64,000 nt of DNA. Origin: Octopus sinensis (taxonomy: Eukaryota). The stretch spans positions 1 to 64,000 of the forward strand of contig NW_021835998.1 of the NCBI RefSeq assembly GCF_006345805.1. The letters run 5' to 3'. The notes under the pieces were generated by a model. That model did not search any database. It worked only from the letters and a program-made list of their open reading frames with translations, and was not told the DNA's origin. This document shows, piece by piece, positions 39,629 through 52,682 of this stretch. The position numbers were made by a program, and so were the translations under genes. Each line of letters starts with the position of its first letter. Position 1 is the first letter of the stretch.

Positions 39629-42600
39629 ATGGCCGATGAAGATATTTCTAAGCTATCAATAGAAGAGAAATGCATGCATAAAGTATCTCTAATTTTACTA
39701 TTAAATAGAACTGGCAAGTGCGAGCATGTGGATATAACGAAATGTGCAAATTTATGAACTTTTGTACCGGAAAAGAGCCGCAACTGTCTATATATTCGTC
39801 TCTTATATCAAAAATACTTGTCGATAAGAATTCAAACAATCTAGATAAGGCCTTGGAGGCAACCTTATCATTTGTGACTAACACCACAATCGCTGATAAG
39901 TGACTCCAAAGTCTTTATTTTATTAGAATGGCCTCCGAAGTGGCCACTCTTCTCGTAAATAAATGCCTCACAGGCAAATCCAAGTCCAAACAACTTGTCT
40001 CCGAGATTTTGCTCATTTATGTTGAGAAGGAAAAACATGAAGTGATCCAGGACGAGCTTATCAAGGGATTCTTCCAAAAAAACCCAAAAGTCGTTGTAGA
40101 ATGTCTTCAGATTGCAAGAGATGCACTTTCGTTCTGTTTTTAGACCAATTTTTAGTCAATTTGGCAACAAAGTGTTTTCGATTAAGAAAATGGTCAGCGA
40201 AGTCGTCGGTCTGCTCGAAGCTAGAGACAAAATAGTCAGGGAAGAGGCCAAGTTGATGATCGCTGAGATGTACCGTTGGGTTGGACCACCCTTGAAGGCA
40301 CATTTCTCTTCAATAAAGCAGTCATTGGTCTGTTTTTCTGTTTTACTAAAGATGGAGGAACTTGAGAAGCAGTTTGTTTCGAATTCTAATCAAACGGCGA
40401 AGGCAACACGATTCTTTCAGTCACATAAAGCAGTTGAAGCCCAGCAAGTAAAAGTTGCTGATGAAGTCGTCTCTGATGTTACTCCAGAAGGTTTTATTAA
40501 AAACTTTAAAATCCTAGAGGAGGACGAGTTTACGCCAATCATTGATTTGATTCCCAGGCTGCCTGAGGATTTTTACAAACGTGCTGTTCTCGGTCAGTTG
40601 TAATGTCCTTAGAATGATGCGAATTGGAAGGAGAGGAACTCGGCACTCCTTGATTTGAAGGAATTGTTGGGGACTTTAAACCAAAGGTTGAACCCTTCTC
40701 ACGACTACAGTACTCTGATTTCTACTTTAAAAAAGGTCTTTTGTTTAAATTTATATTTTTATTACAATCCATATAAAAATATATTTATTTAACTAACAGA
40801 TAATTGAAAAAGACAAAAACATATTCCTCCTTATGCTCTCCAGCGACGCACTGGGGAAAATATGCAGTGGTCTGAAAAATAATTTCAAAATGTATGCAGA
40901 ATCGGTTTTTTGGCATTTTTAATTGTAGTGTTTATTCGCTACAATAAGCAGGTTTACGGAGAGGAGACAAGATGTAATCATGTCATTAAGAAATACATGC
41001 GACCTTTTGTATGCCTTGATCAATCTGGAGGACATTTTGGAACAGATAATTGAACTCTGTTTCTCAAAGAACCCAAAAATGAAGATCGAGGTCTCCCAAA
41101 TACTCCTCCGTTCAATGAAAATCAAATCAGTCACCCCTATCCCAAAGAAACAACTCAAAAGTCTAATCAAGTCTCTTCTGACTGTTCTCCGACTTGAATA
41201 ACGTGTTTTAGTTGGTATCACATTCAAACTCGGACGTGAGGGAGGCAGGATTTGAGATTATCGCTGCCTACCAGAAGGCTTACACGGAAAAGGTGATCAC
41301 TCCTTTGTTAGAAGACGTCGAAGAACTAAAAATGTCAAAGGTTCGTTAATTTCTAATCATTTCCACAGATCAAAGAGTACTTTGACAAGTCGGACGTGAA
41401 GTCAGTCGTCAAGACAGTTCAGCCTGTCGTCCCACAACCATCGAAGGCAGTTGTCTCCAAAAAAGAAAAGATTCCTCTAAGAAAGAGGGCACCTGTTCCT
41501 TCAGAAGAATCGAAATTTTTAGCAGTTCCAAAAAGTCAGAAAGCTGAACCAGCTCCGGTGGTTTTAATCCAACACTCCAGTGAACGAGTATGTGTAGTAT
41601 TACGTAATACGTAGAAACTACCTAAAAACCTACGGGCATGGACTTGTGTGATAATATTGCTTAGTTGCTCAAATGGAACTTTACCTCGCCCACCCCAGAG
41701 CACGCGGAACAGCTAAGGACGGTTATGGAGTGTTCCTTTGCACCTTCCCTGGTTGAAAGTCTGTTTAATTCTGATTTTAAACAACATTTGAATGCAATCG
41801 ATCTAATGACCAAGGTAGCCTTCGATGCTTCTATTTTAAGGTGTACGACCAATATAATTCGGAATTGTTATCAAATGTGGATGTCCTACTAAAGTGGGCT
41901 TCCTTAAGGTTTTTCGACACGAATCCGTCCGTGCATATGAAAACATTCGAGTTCCTCCAGATTCTGTTTAATTGTCCGGACGTGAACTTAACAGATGCCG
42001 ATGTCACTTCTTTTGTCCCTTACTTGATCGAGAAGGTACAGGAATCCAATCAATTCTAGTTTGCCAATTCCAAGGAGAATGTACGGAAGGCAAGTCGATC
42101 TTTATTCTCCCAAATTATCTTGATTACGAGCCCAACAAAGGTCATGAGTCATTTGCTTGAGGGACTTAAATCAAAGATGGCCAAATTACGGACGGGTCAG
42201 TCGTTTATTGTGACAGATAGAATGTCTTGATGCAATTGATAATATAATATCCGTGAATGTCATCGAATTGAAAGATATGGGAATTATTATGAGGCAGGTT
42301 GGACAGATGGTTGGGGACAGGGACAATTCCGTGAGGAATGCAGCTCTTAATGTTATCATCTCCGCGTATTCGCAGATTGGGGACAATATTTATAACTTGC
42401 TGGGATCGGTTGGGTTTTTTCTCATTTTTCTAGTTGTCGGATAAAGAGTTGTCTTTTGTCGAGGAGAGGATCAGACGTTCTGGAAAAATGACTTCTGATA
42501 CTGTTGAGAAAAAGACTGATATTGTGACTCCCATCAAAGAGAGTCCAGTGAAAATTCCAAGCCCAACAATCAAATTAGAGAGACCAAATACTTCCATTTT

Positions 42601-44086
42601 TCCGCGTTTTGAATTGGAATTGGACGATTCTCCAGTGAAAAAGACAAAATCTATGAACGTCGGTAAACAAAACACCACTTGTTTTTCTGATCTTTTGAGC
42701 GATATCCACATACCTCCGAGATCTTATTCGAACCATACCTCCCAGATAAAGGTTTCCAATGACTCAATTTCTCCGCAAATGATCGAGTACATATCATCTC
42801 AGTTGATGAGTAATAATTTCGAAACGACATTTACAGCCATTGTCCAGGTATTGGAATAATATTATTCAGATTGGGGAAATGTTGAAGTGTGGTGACATTG
42901 TAGACACTCATGTGGACAATGTCGTCATGTTTATCACAATTCAACTCAGATTCATTTACAATCGTTATTTGAACTTTAATGAGTTCTCTCAACAGGACAC
43001 CGTGGATAATCTTCGGGGGAATCTTTGTCTTCTGTTTAAAGTCATGTCCTGTGATTATTTCAGATAGCTAATAAACCCAAACTGGCAGTGGGGATAAGTA
43101 AGCAAACTTTGAGTGATCTGTTGAGTTTGCTTCTACTTTTACTGATCGACGTACGACTTGCTGAATTGCAATTTAATGTGGAGATTATTCGTTCTATCAA
43201 CCATTTAATATTTATTCTCGTCGAGAACTGTTTGGGGGATATTGTGTTTCGGTATACTTCTTCCTTTTGACAATAGGTCGGTTCTCTCTCTTCTCCAGGA
43301 TGCCATCACCACGGGGAATTTCCCTTCCCTGTATGTGAGTCATCTTCAAGGGGTTGTTCCTTTTATCTGATTCGATCTGTTTTAGTGTCTTGTAAAAGTG
43401 TGTCAGCGAATATTTCATAACAGCACTCACTTCTGTTCCGTGACAGTCGTCCAAGATGTGCGACTGTTTCTCAAGAATTATGTGGAGTACAAGTGGAGGG
43501 ATATTAACTTGTCTTGTCTCAAAATTTTAAAGTCTCTCTGTAAAGTTATTGTACTTCGCTATGGAGTAGAGGTTGTGTTATTATTTTATTGGATAGATAT
43601 TTGAGTGTCATGATTTTCCCTCTTTCTCGGATTTTGGAATGATGGAGTGTTTGAAGGCTGAGTATGATCTATTTGTGAAAAATTCCAAACTTGGGCTTGG
43701 CGGGTCGAAGGGACATGAACTTTTGTCTTTCAGCAACGATGAGAATGACGTGTCTCTTCGGTTGGAAAAAATATGGGATTCTATGAAGGATACTAATGAT
43801 TACCCCAAAGTTGTTTATGAAATTAGAATATTTGTTTAGGCAGTCAAGGAATTATATAATTTAAGATCAGAATATGTGTCTCTTGACTTGGTCGGGATGA
43901 TGAGGAATATATTTCCTTCTTTTGTGTCTAATGCTCTTGTCTTAGGGATGGATGTTCATCAGGAAATTCTCACTTCAAATATGAGTTGTTTTGGTTTCAT
44001 TAAACATTTTAGGTTTTAATCAGGCAGGAGTTTATCTTGATTATTTGACGCATCTTTCCACCCTAAGAAGATGTTTTGACATTTAA
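39629..44086 (+). CDS. CKAP5: XMAP215/ch-TOG microtubule polymerase with TOG1, TOG2, TOG5 and a C-terminal domain; many micro-introns
   Basis: LSIEEKCMHKNWQVR, KNPKVVVECL, VREEAK, NWKERNSAL, LKWNFTSP, LRFFDTN, GDRDNSVRNAALN, EERIRRS. Confidence 0.93.
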
Positions 44087-44299
44087 TATTGTTTTGTTCT
44101 GAACATGTTTATTCGTTGCTTATTTTTTGTACTACAATTGTTCAATTTTTAATCAAAGTGTGGTACTAGGTTACCTTATTAAACTTTCGCAGCCCTTAAT
44201 TCTTTTTCAAAATTATTTTACTACTTTTACAAGAAAATTATGTATTCATTTTCTAAAAACATAACTTCATAACACACATTATTAGATAAACATTCTAAC

Positions 44300-44802
44300 T
44301 CAATTAGTTAGACTTGCTGATTATTAACGCTGCTGCCAAAAATTGAATATGAGTCAAATAATCAAGATTTCGGGAGATTAAAATCCCAAACACAACAGTG
44401 ATGAATGTCGAAATAGCTAAGAAGATTCCAGTCCCTAAATTTACGTTTGAAGGACCACATCATGTGTGTCGATGACATGCTCGTTGTTCATTTTAACCAA
44501 AATGGAGAAAAATGTTTTTTTTAATTTTTTATGGGAAGGTGAGTCGGGGACATCGTAGTTGTTTATTTTAACCACAATGCAGAAAATAATTTTTTGATTT
44601 TTTGGCGGGAAGGTTTTAAGGACATCATCATTGAGGATATTCTTGATATGTTAGTTTTGTAGGTGAAGGATTTTTCTAGAACCTCATCATTTTGGGGAAA
44701 AAAGGATTTTGACAATCATAAGGGAAACGGATTTTGACTTTTTCAATTTGAACTTGGTGCCTACACACAGACAGACACATACCATACCATTTTATTATTA
44801 AG
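44300..44802 (-). mobile_element. Non-autonomous Helitron-like element with about 2 degenerate internal repeat units
   Basis: Same (CAGA)n-accataccattttattattaag end and gaccacatcatgtg unit as the 51.4-52.7 kb copy; left boundary approximate. Confidence 0.6.
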
Positions 44803-44809
44803 GGGAACA

Positions 44810-45010
44810 GAAAAGTTTAATTTGAATTAATCGCCAAACAGATTGGACAGGAAATTTCCACGTGCGAGATCCGTTGAAAAATCCAGCTTTTGTCGCAACT
44901 CCTCGAGATAACTAAACCAATCTCTGAGAGGAGTTTGAGAACTTTTGGGCCAATTACCCCACTGGTTTTGAAAGCAGGGAGATGAAGCAACAAGTCTCTT
45001 GTCGATGAGT
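44810..45010 (-). mobile_element. CRE-clade extreme 3' fragment
   Basis: PAFKTSGVIGPK...IFQRIS; homologous to 63640-63960. Confidence 0.7.
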
Positions 45011-45049
45011 TTGTCACATCTGCAACGATGCATACAATACAATATCTGC

Positions 45050-45620
45050 TATTCACATGCCGTTTCATATCCACCTGACACAACACTGTCTTAAAAACTT
45101 GGAATACTAAAAATTACTTGTTTCACAAATGACTTTCGTTTTGGTACTGCAATCCTCTCTTTGAAACTCAGCGTTGTCAGTTCTTTTTACACATATTTCA
45201 CTTTTAGGTTGACTGGAACGCCATGGAAGATACAACTAATCAAATTTAATGCTAAAATACCGCCAAATCTACTTTATTTGTTACAAACTCGACTGTTTCA
45301 ATGTATACCCAACCGATTTTAACTCCTATTGGTTGAAAATAAGAATTATACCTTATATCGCACAATTTTCTAGTCCATAGTCCGGAACGAATACATTGCT
45401 ATCATGATCATTTTTTGCATATTTGTACAGATGTAAGTTTATCTGAAGTCACGTTGACTTCCAGAAAAAAGAATTCATTTTAAAATGACCTGAACCTTAT
45501 TCATTATTTTCACAAAGAATATAGTTATATCTCCATTGATACGCCAGTAACCACTAATACTAATATGCATCATTTCGGGAGTGACGTTGTATAGGCGTAA
45601 AAAATCTTATCGGCGAAGTT
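45050..45620 (-). pseudogene. Possible C-type lectin-domain gene or pseudogene
   Basis: After removing a 25-nt GT-AG intron the minus strand reads LYLPWRSSQPKSEICVKRTDNAEFQREDCSTKTKVICE (W..QP..C..C..ICE); upstream GLWTRKLCD and NYILCE in broken frames. Confidence 0.35.
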
Positions 45621-45699
45621 TGTATAATTCTAGACTCTAGTTAATGTTAATATACACTTAACCCTCTCTATATTGCCAAGAAAAAAACCCAAATATTTC

Positions 45700-46450
45700 A
45701 TAGCAATAAGCTTGGTGGCATTATAACGCGACCCCGCTAAAATTAATTAAACACAAAATATTTAATATTTATTAAAAAGCTCCATAATCGTTGACTGTCT
45801 ACAACTATTTTTTAGACAATCCCAATATTCCCTTTTAATATTTTTAATATATTGTAAGCTTTTTTCCGATATCCCTTAAGTAAACTCGATCCCGCCCAGT
45901 ATAACTTCGAACGCATTAGCCATTTCATTTTTAGGAGGTCTTTTTTAGTAAAGTCTTCTTTTATGTCTTCTTCATCACTGTCATTGATTCTTCGAAGTGT
46001 AGACAATATTTTGTCTTCTTCAATATGACAGTATGTTTTAGCATTACTGTCCACTGAAACATATTCGTTGACATCAGTCCTATCATTAATATTCAATGTT
46101 GAAATCAGTTGATTCAATAGATCAGTTGATTCATAATTATTAAATCGTGTCCAATTTTTTTTGGTTTTCCCGTAATATTTCATCATTCAAAACAATATTT
46201 TGAGACCTTTTGTTTACAAACCAAATCCAAAGAGCTTCCTCCAAATCCAAATGCTTCGCAGATTTAGTGCGCTTAGCTTTTGAGAAAAAAATTGAGGAGT
46301 AGCAAACAATTTTTTTATTATTGAGAAAATCGGCTCAGAGGCGTGATTTTGTAACAATTTTAATAAAAAGTAAAGATTTTTATGTTGTGAATACAAAATA
46401 CAGCTCATGATAGATAAAAAGAACTGAGAAAATGAACAAAGATATTGTTA
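45700..46450 (-). mobile_element. Tigger-like transposase C-terminal remnant
   Basis: Acidic DVNEYVSVD...EEDKIL segment similar to the 30930-31124 piece. Confidence 0.45.
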
Positions 46451-46557
46451 TGTGAAACGCAGAGATCTATAATCACCCTCTAAACATAAAATTTATGTTT
46501 TGATGGTTATCTCAATATATGCCTTTAGTCTACGTGGTACACACTTTATTATTATTC

Positions 46558-47440
46558 AACCAAGACCACACTCTAAAACCCAAAAATAACTAATCATCTG
46601 ATCCCGGCTTCTCTAAGGAGGGTCCTCATTTTTTCCTGACGTTCTTCCCTTGCTCCCGCACATTTCCTGTAGGGGCGCGGCGGGTGAGTCGTTGCGAATG
46701 TCGTTTCTTCGCAGGATCTCTTCAAAAGTGACAACATTTAGTTTTTCGTTTGGTTCTTCTAGCGTTTTGCAAATTCTTTATTGAACTTTAAATTTTCTCC
46801 CGGTTGGTGTAGCTGATCGTATTTCTCCACGCTGCGCAGGCGTAGCTGATTGTGGGTTCCATGTACTGCTTATAAACAGTTTGGCGAATGGCGAGGCTCG
46901 TCCACTGTCTGCATTTTCGTAGGAAAACTTGGAGTATGTTGAGTTTCTTCATACATTTCGTGATCACATAGTTAACTTGCTGCAAGAAAGACATATGGGC
47001 GTCGTATGTTGCTCGCAAAATGTTTTTCGATTTTTGGAATGGTATCTTAACATCGTTTAAACACAGGTTTACTTCCGCTTTCCCGAGTCTCCTTGCTGAA
47101 GTAAGGAGGGTAGTAATCGACTTTCCTGGACTTGATGACACCCGGTTTATTAGTAACCACCCTTCAAGATCGTAGAGGTAGTTTTGCAGTTTTTCCGCTG
47201 CTATTGTGACCTCTTGGTTGCGAGAGGCAACCACAATATCATCCGCATATGATAAAACAATTACATCTTCAGCTTTTGGCATCGGGAGATCTAATAAGTA
47301 TAAGTTGAAAAGAGTTGGTGATAAAGGCGAGCCTTGGAAAATACTTCGAGCTTGATTTTGTACTTTCCGTATAGATTCTTCCTCTCCGCCCAGTGAGAAA
47401 GTTAGCTATCCACTTTTTTAGGATGGAGGGAATATTGATG
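46558..47440 (-). mobile_element. Jockey/I-like LINE 3' part
   Basis: QGSPLSPTLFNLY, SYADDIV, ISYACAAW; family 3' end. Confidence 0.85.
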
Positions 47441-47499
47441 AAGATCATAAAAAAACTACGTGTCGGCTAAGTATGGCCTGGGTGTGACCTAAGTTAATG

Positions 47500-48480
47500 T
47501 GAAGGAGTTAATCAAACTTCAAAGGAATTCTTAATAAAAAAGATCAACATAAAAGTCATTCATAAGACTCTCTTTAGCAGCCTGGACATTCCGCACATTC
47601 ACGTATCTTTGTCATCATGTGCCTGAAGTATGGAAATAACTCTAAACGATAAGAAAAGTTATTCTCATATTTGCTGGATAGGAATTTTTTAATGGTCAAC
47701 GGAAACAGTAAAACGATGACTGTTAAACAGTTAGCCACGAAATTCGGGAGTATTCTGTACCTATAAGGCATAATGAGGTGTTGAGGTCCCTCTATCTTCT
47801 GCTATGGGATAAGTATGGTTTGAGGCGGTCTAGAAAGTTGCGAACCCATCGAGTTAAATCGGTGTGAGAACTTGAAAGTGTGAATTAAGGTGGATACCCC
47901 TAGAGTCTTTTTAAGAACAGTTGACTGCACATAAGCATGCAGAGACTTATCTACGCCAAACTGTTTTAAGTAACCCTTGTGGTATTTAGTGCCCAGTCCA
48001 TCCAATGTCATCACACACATAATGACATGAACTTTACACTGATGCATCAGCCCTGACTTGTTTGCAAGGAGGTCATATTTCCTCCTTTTTTCCTCTTATA
48101 CGATGTTACTCAGTCCACGTCCTAGGTACCCGAAGAAAAGTATTTTCTTTCTTTATTGTTTGCCAACACGTGGACGTAATTCTCTTGAAGTACTCTTCGG
48201 ACAATAAAGTCATCGTACCTATTTGGCTCAAATTCCATCAGGCCAACGTAGTAGTTCAGCAATGAGATCGCGCACTTGTTCAATGCATAAAATAAGTTCC
48301 GTGCATTGAGGCGAGTTTTGCATAACATTGCTGTCCTACTACGCACACCCTTGACTACACATTTCCTCGTTTTGGGTGTGGACTCTCAAACACACAAAGA
48401 TACTTATACTTTTTCTGTTCCTCCAAGACTTTGACAAGGTCACCACACAAGGATGTTAGTCGCCGACTTGTTATAGTTGA
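47500..48480 (-). mobile_element. R4-like RT-REL remnant
   Basis: ALNKCAISLLNYYVG, KYHKGYLKQFGVDKSLHAYVQSTVL. Confidence 0.75.
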
Positions 48481-48599
48481 GTTCCACGCTTTCATAAAAC
48501 CTTCCAAGACTTGTAGTATAGATGCACATTCCACCTGTCAATCAAATATTCATTTATTGCTATTGAAATCGAATTAGCCAATTTAATGGCAGTAACTTG

Positions 48600-49050
48600 T
48601 TGAATAGATAAATTCGAATATGAATATTTAGAGCAGGTTTCAGAAGCGGACAACGAGGAGAGATAGCAAGCCAAGATCTGCACAAGAACGAACCTTAATA
48701 TTCCCAAAGCGTAGTGGGAGCGCAGCACGAGAACGTCCCACCTTAGTAAACAAGGTGTTCAGAAGAAAGTGTAACGACAAAGCAATAGCGACATCCAAGG
48801 ACAAAAGTTCTTGATGTAAATGATAATAAGATAGATTGACAGGTGGCATGTAGCCACCATGGGATGGGTAGCTCTTGTGGGACGCGATATATTACCCAAA
48901 CAGTCCCACCAACGTCACCTTGAAACAGTTTACTTCGGACAGCCCGCATCATCCGCCTCGTGCGAAGTAGCCCCTGACTCCACGTTCCCTTGTGTTGAAA
49001 GGTATGGGATCACCAGTTGACCAGTTAAAGTCAAAATCATAATAAACAAA
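48600..49050 (+). mobile_element. Possible 3' end of another RT-REL (R4/Dong-like) element
   Basis: NSLLRTARIIRLV resembles the terminal LLGTARILRxVL motif; the rest is degenerate. Confidence 0.4.
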
Positions 49051-49109
49051 ACAGGCACAGACGTCTAGGGAACCTATTGGGCATCACGCGATCGGATAGG
49101 ACTAGAACC

Positions 49110-50580
49110 TAAACTAGCGAAAGCAGAAAAAACTTCCATTGGTCTCGAAATTAATTCTCTCAAATCTGAAATCGTAAATGTTAACATCGATCGTGTTAGT
49201 TTTCAAAACATTTTTTCTCAGTTTCGAGGCCTTTTGCCCGATCTGAGACATACTTCCACTGCCGATCTCGAAATCTTGGGTGCTCCGATCTACGACCAAT
49301 CCGCCATCCGTATCCTTAATTCCAAGAGGAATGCTCTTTCTTCCCTTTGTGATAAACTTGCAGATATTGATCCCCACCCTGCTTATTTCATTCTCAAAAA
49401 TTATCTTCTGATCCCGAAAATCAATTATGTCCTAAGGAGTTCCCGCTGCTTTTCTATTCCTATTGCCTTGGATTCTTTCGACGCTCTGGTGCGTTCTTCC
49501 GCTGAGAAGATTTTTAATGTCAAGTTTGATGACGTTGGTTGGTGTCAGGCCAAACTTCCTGTATCCTCTGGCGGTCTGGGGCTTCGCTCCGCGCTCGACC
49601 TTTCTCTTCCCGCTTTCCTTTCATCTTCTTCAGGATTGTATCTTCTTGTCCATAAGATTCTTGAAAAATCACCCGAATCAACTTTGGACTCTGATATCAA
49701 TTCTGCACTCTTGCTTTGGAAGGAAAAGGATTTCGTCTTACCGTCAGAACGATCTTTCCAACGTGAATGGGACAAAATTATTTGTGAATATTACGTTGAC
49801 TCGTTGGAGCGTCTCTTGGACCAGCACAGACTAGCTTGCTTCCGTGCCAGTCGCCAACCGTATTCTGGCTCCTGGCTTAACTGCCTTCCCACGATCCATT
49901 TGGATACCTGCCTCGACTCTGATGCCCTCCGTTTTGGAATATGCCTTCGTCTCGGACTATCGATTTGTAATCCCCACCCCTGCCGATGTGGATCAACGAT
50001 GGACACATACGGGCTCCATGCCCTTTCCTGCAAGAAAAGCGCAGGTCGCATACCTCGTCATTCGGCTCTTAACAAGATCATTCTCCAAGCCCTCGAAAAG
50101 GCAGGGTATCCTTCTGTCCTTGAGCCAATTGGTCTTGACCGTGGTGATGGAAAAAGGCCTGATGGCTCGACGTTGTTTGCTTTCGACTCTGGTAAACCAC
50201 TAGTTTGGGATGCCACGTGTGTTGATTCCTTCTCTAAGTCGGCCATCAACGAATCCGCCTCTCTGCCCGGGTCCCGTGCTAATAGGGCTGAATATACAAA
50301 ATCCGAAAAATACCAGGGCTTGTTAGACGGCTTTTGGTTTTGGCCAATTGTTGTCGAGACTTCGTGCGTCTTTGGCACAAAGACAGTTGATCATCTGAAG
50401 AAACTTGGCCACCTCTGCTCATTACGCTCCAAGGATCCTAGGGAATTTACATTCCTAATCCAAAGGATCCTGTTGGCCGTTGTGCGTGGGAACAGCTGTT
50501 CCATCCTGCTTGCTAACCGTTTAATCTCTGTTTAATTTTAACTTTCCTTATTTTTAAATAATAATTTTTTTTTTAAAAAT
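49110..50580 (+). mobile_element. CRE-clade retrotransposon, 5'-truncated, uninterrupted 433-aa ORF
   Basis: DLEILGAPI, SGSWLN, GRIPRH, KRPDG, WDATCVD, VETSCVFG, VVRGN. Confidence 0.93.
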
Positions 50581-51429
50581 TGTATGCTTTATTTATAGTA
50601 AAATTAGTCGATTCGTATATCGTCATGTAACTTACTTTATTTACGAAACCAAAATTTAATTAAGATTAAAATATTTAATTAGGACTTTCAATCCTGATTG
50701 GTAGTCTCTCTTCTCCTTTTAGGAGAAGAGTCTGCTGCTTGTTTCTCTTCATTCTCTATCTCTGCGTCAGTTGTTGTGCGTCTTTTGTCTTTGAATGGAA
50801 TGTCCTGGCGGCATGCCATTTCTACTAGTTGATCGGTCGCAGAGGTATATTCCTCGCCAGTTATCTTCATTCCATGCTTGTGTTCAATTATCATGCTCTC
50901 TAGCGTCCTTTTGAGCACAACCGCTTGGATGTATGTCATTGTAGATTTTTCAATATATAGTTTATCCATATAATTTTTGAAGCATCTTGTGACAACACTA
51001 TCCCAGGTCAGAACCACGGGAATAATTTTAACTTGGCATTCGTAGGGTAGTGACAGTTCATTTGCAAGGAAATCATATTTGTGAAGTTTCTCAGCTTCCA
51101 ATTGTTTTAAGCGGTCCTGAGATGTTATGCCCACCTCGATTAAGGTTATTTCCTTTTTAATTTTGTCATAAACAAAGATATCCGGTTTATTGAAATTGAC
51201 TTTATTTTCTGTTATAATTGACGTGTCAACTCTAATTTCTACATTTTGAGTTGACAATATCGACTGAACTGAATGATTCTTTAATTTCCTGTTCTTTTTG
51301 ATTCCATACATTTGACAAATATGAAGATGGACACATTTAACCACCTCGTCATGTCTTCGGAGGTAATCGCTATTGAGCATTTTACCACACTGAGTGGCCA
51401 GATGATCAACAGTTTGTTTACTTTTTTTA

Positions 51430-52470
51430 CAATTTGAGGGACCACATCATGTGAGTCGAGGACTTTCTTGTTGTTCATTTTAACAAAAACGCAGAAAATA
51501 ATTTTTTTTAATTTTTTGGCTTGAAGGTTTTGGGGGACCACATCATGTGAGTCGAGGACTTTCTTGTTGTTCATTTTAACAAAAACGCAGAAAATAATTT
51601 TTTTAATTTTTTGGCTTGAAAGTTTTGGGGGACCACATCATGTGAGTCGAGGACTTTCTTGTTGTTCATTTTAACAAAAACGCAGAAAATAATTTTTTTA
51701 ATTTTTTACCTTGAAGGTTTTGGGGGACCACATCATGTGAGTCGAGGACTTTCTTGTTGTTCATTTTAACAAAAACGCAGAAAATAATTTTTTTAATTTT
51801 TTAGCTTGAAGGTTTTGGGGGACCACATCATGTGAGTCGAGGACTTTCTTGTTGTTCATTTTAACAAAAACGCAGAAAATAATTTTTTTTAATTTTTTGG
51901 CTTGAAGGTTTTGGGGGACCACATCATGTGAGTCGAGGACTTTCTTGTTGTTCATTTTAACAAAAACGCAGAAAATAATTTTTTTAACTTTTTGGCTTGA
52001 AGGTTTTGGGGGACCACATCATGTGAGTCGAGGACTTTCTTGTTGGTCATTTTAACAAAAACGCAGAAAATAATTTTTTTAATTTTTTAGCTTGAAGGTT
52101 TTGGGGGACCACATCATGTGAGTCGAGGACTTTCTTGTTGTTCATTTTAACAAAAACGCAGAAAATAATTTTTTTTAATTTTTTGGCTTGAAGGTTTTGG
52201 GGGACCACATCATGTGAGTCGAGGACTTTCTTGTTGTTCATTTTAACAAAAACGCAGAAAATAATTTTTTTTAATTTTTTGGCTTGAAGGTTTTGGGGGA
52301 CCACATCATGTGAGTCGAGGACTTTCTTGTTGTTCATTTTAACAAAAACGCAGAAAATAATTTTTTTTAATTTTTTGGCTTGAAGGTTTTGGGGGACCAC
52401 ATCATGTGAGTCGAGGACTTTCTTGTTGTTCATTTTAACAAAAACGCAGAAAATTGACTTGAAGGTTTTG
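51430..52470. repeat. Tandem array of 11 units, 95-96 bp period (last unit shortened)
   Basis: accacatc recurs at 51441, 51537, 51632, 51727, 51822, 51918, 52013, 52108, 52204, 52300 and 52396; length differences lie in the poly-T tracts. Confidence 0.97.
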
Positions 52471-52630
52471 GGGGACCTCATCATCGAGGATATTCTTTCT
52501 TATTAAAATTTTTTGACAGGAAGGTTCTTAGAGGATATCAACCTTTTATTGTGCCTCATTATCGAATAACTACAAAAGGGAAGGTTTTGACAATTTGATC
52601 TGGTTTGTAACAATTTGAATGTGGGTGTGC

Positions 52631-52682
52631 ACAGACAGACAGACAGACAGACAGACACACAGACAGACAGACAGACACACAC
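52631..52682. repeat. (CAGA)n/(CA)n microsatellite
   Basis: acagacagacagac... directly visible. Confidence 0.95.

Noticed and set aside
51430-52470. CRISPR-like array or hammerhead-ribozyme satellite
   Set aside because: No unique spacers and a eukaryotic context; no CUGANGA...GAAA core on either strand
51281-52484. ORFs of repeated MNNKKVLDSHDVVPQNLQAKKLKKIIFCVFVK
   Set aside because: By-product of a 96-bp period; the 95-bp units break the frame, so there is no sign of coding constraint
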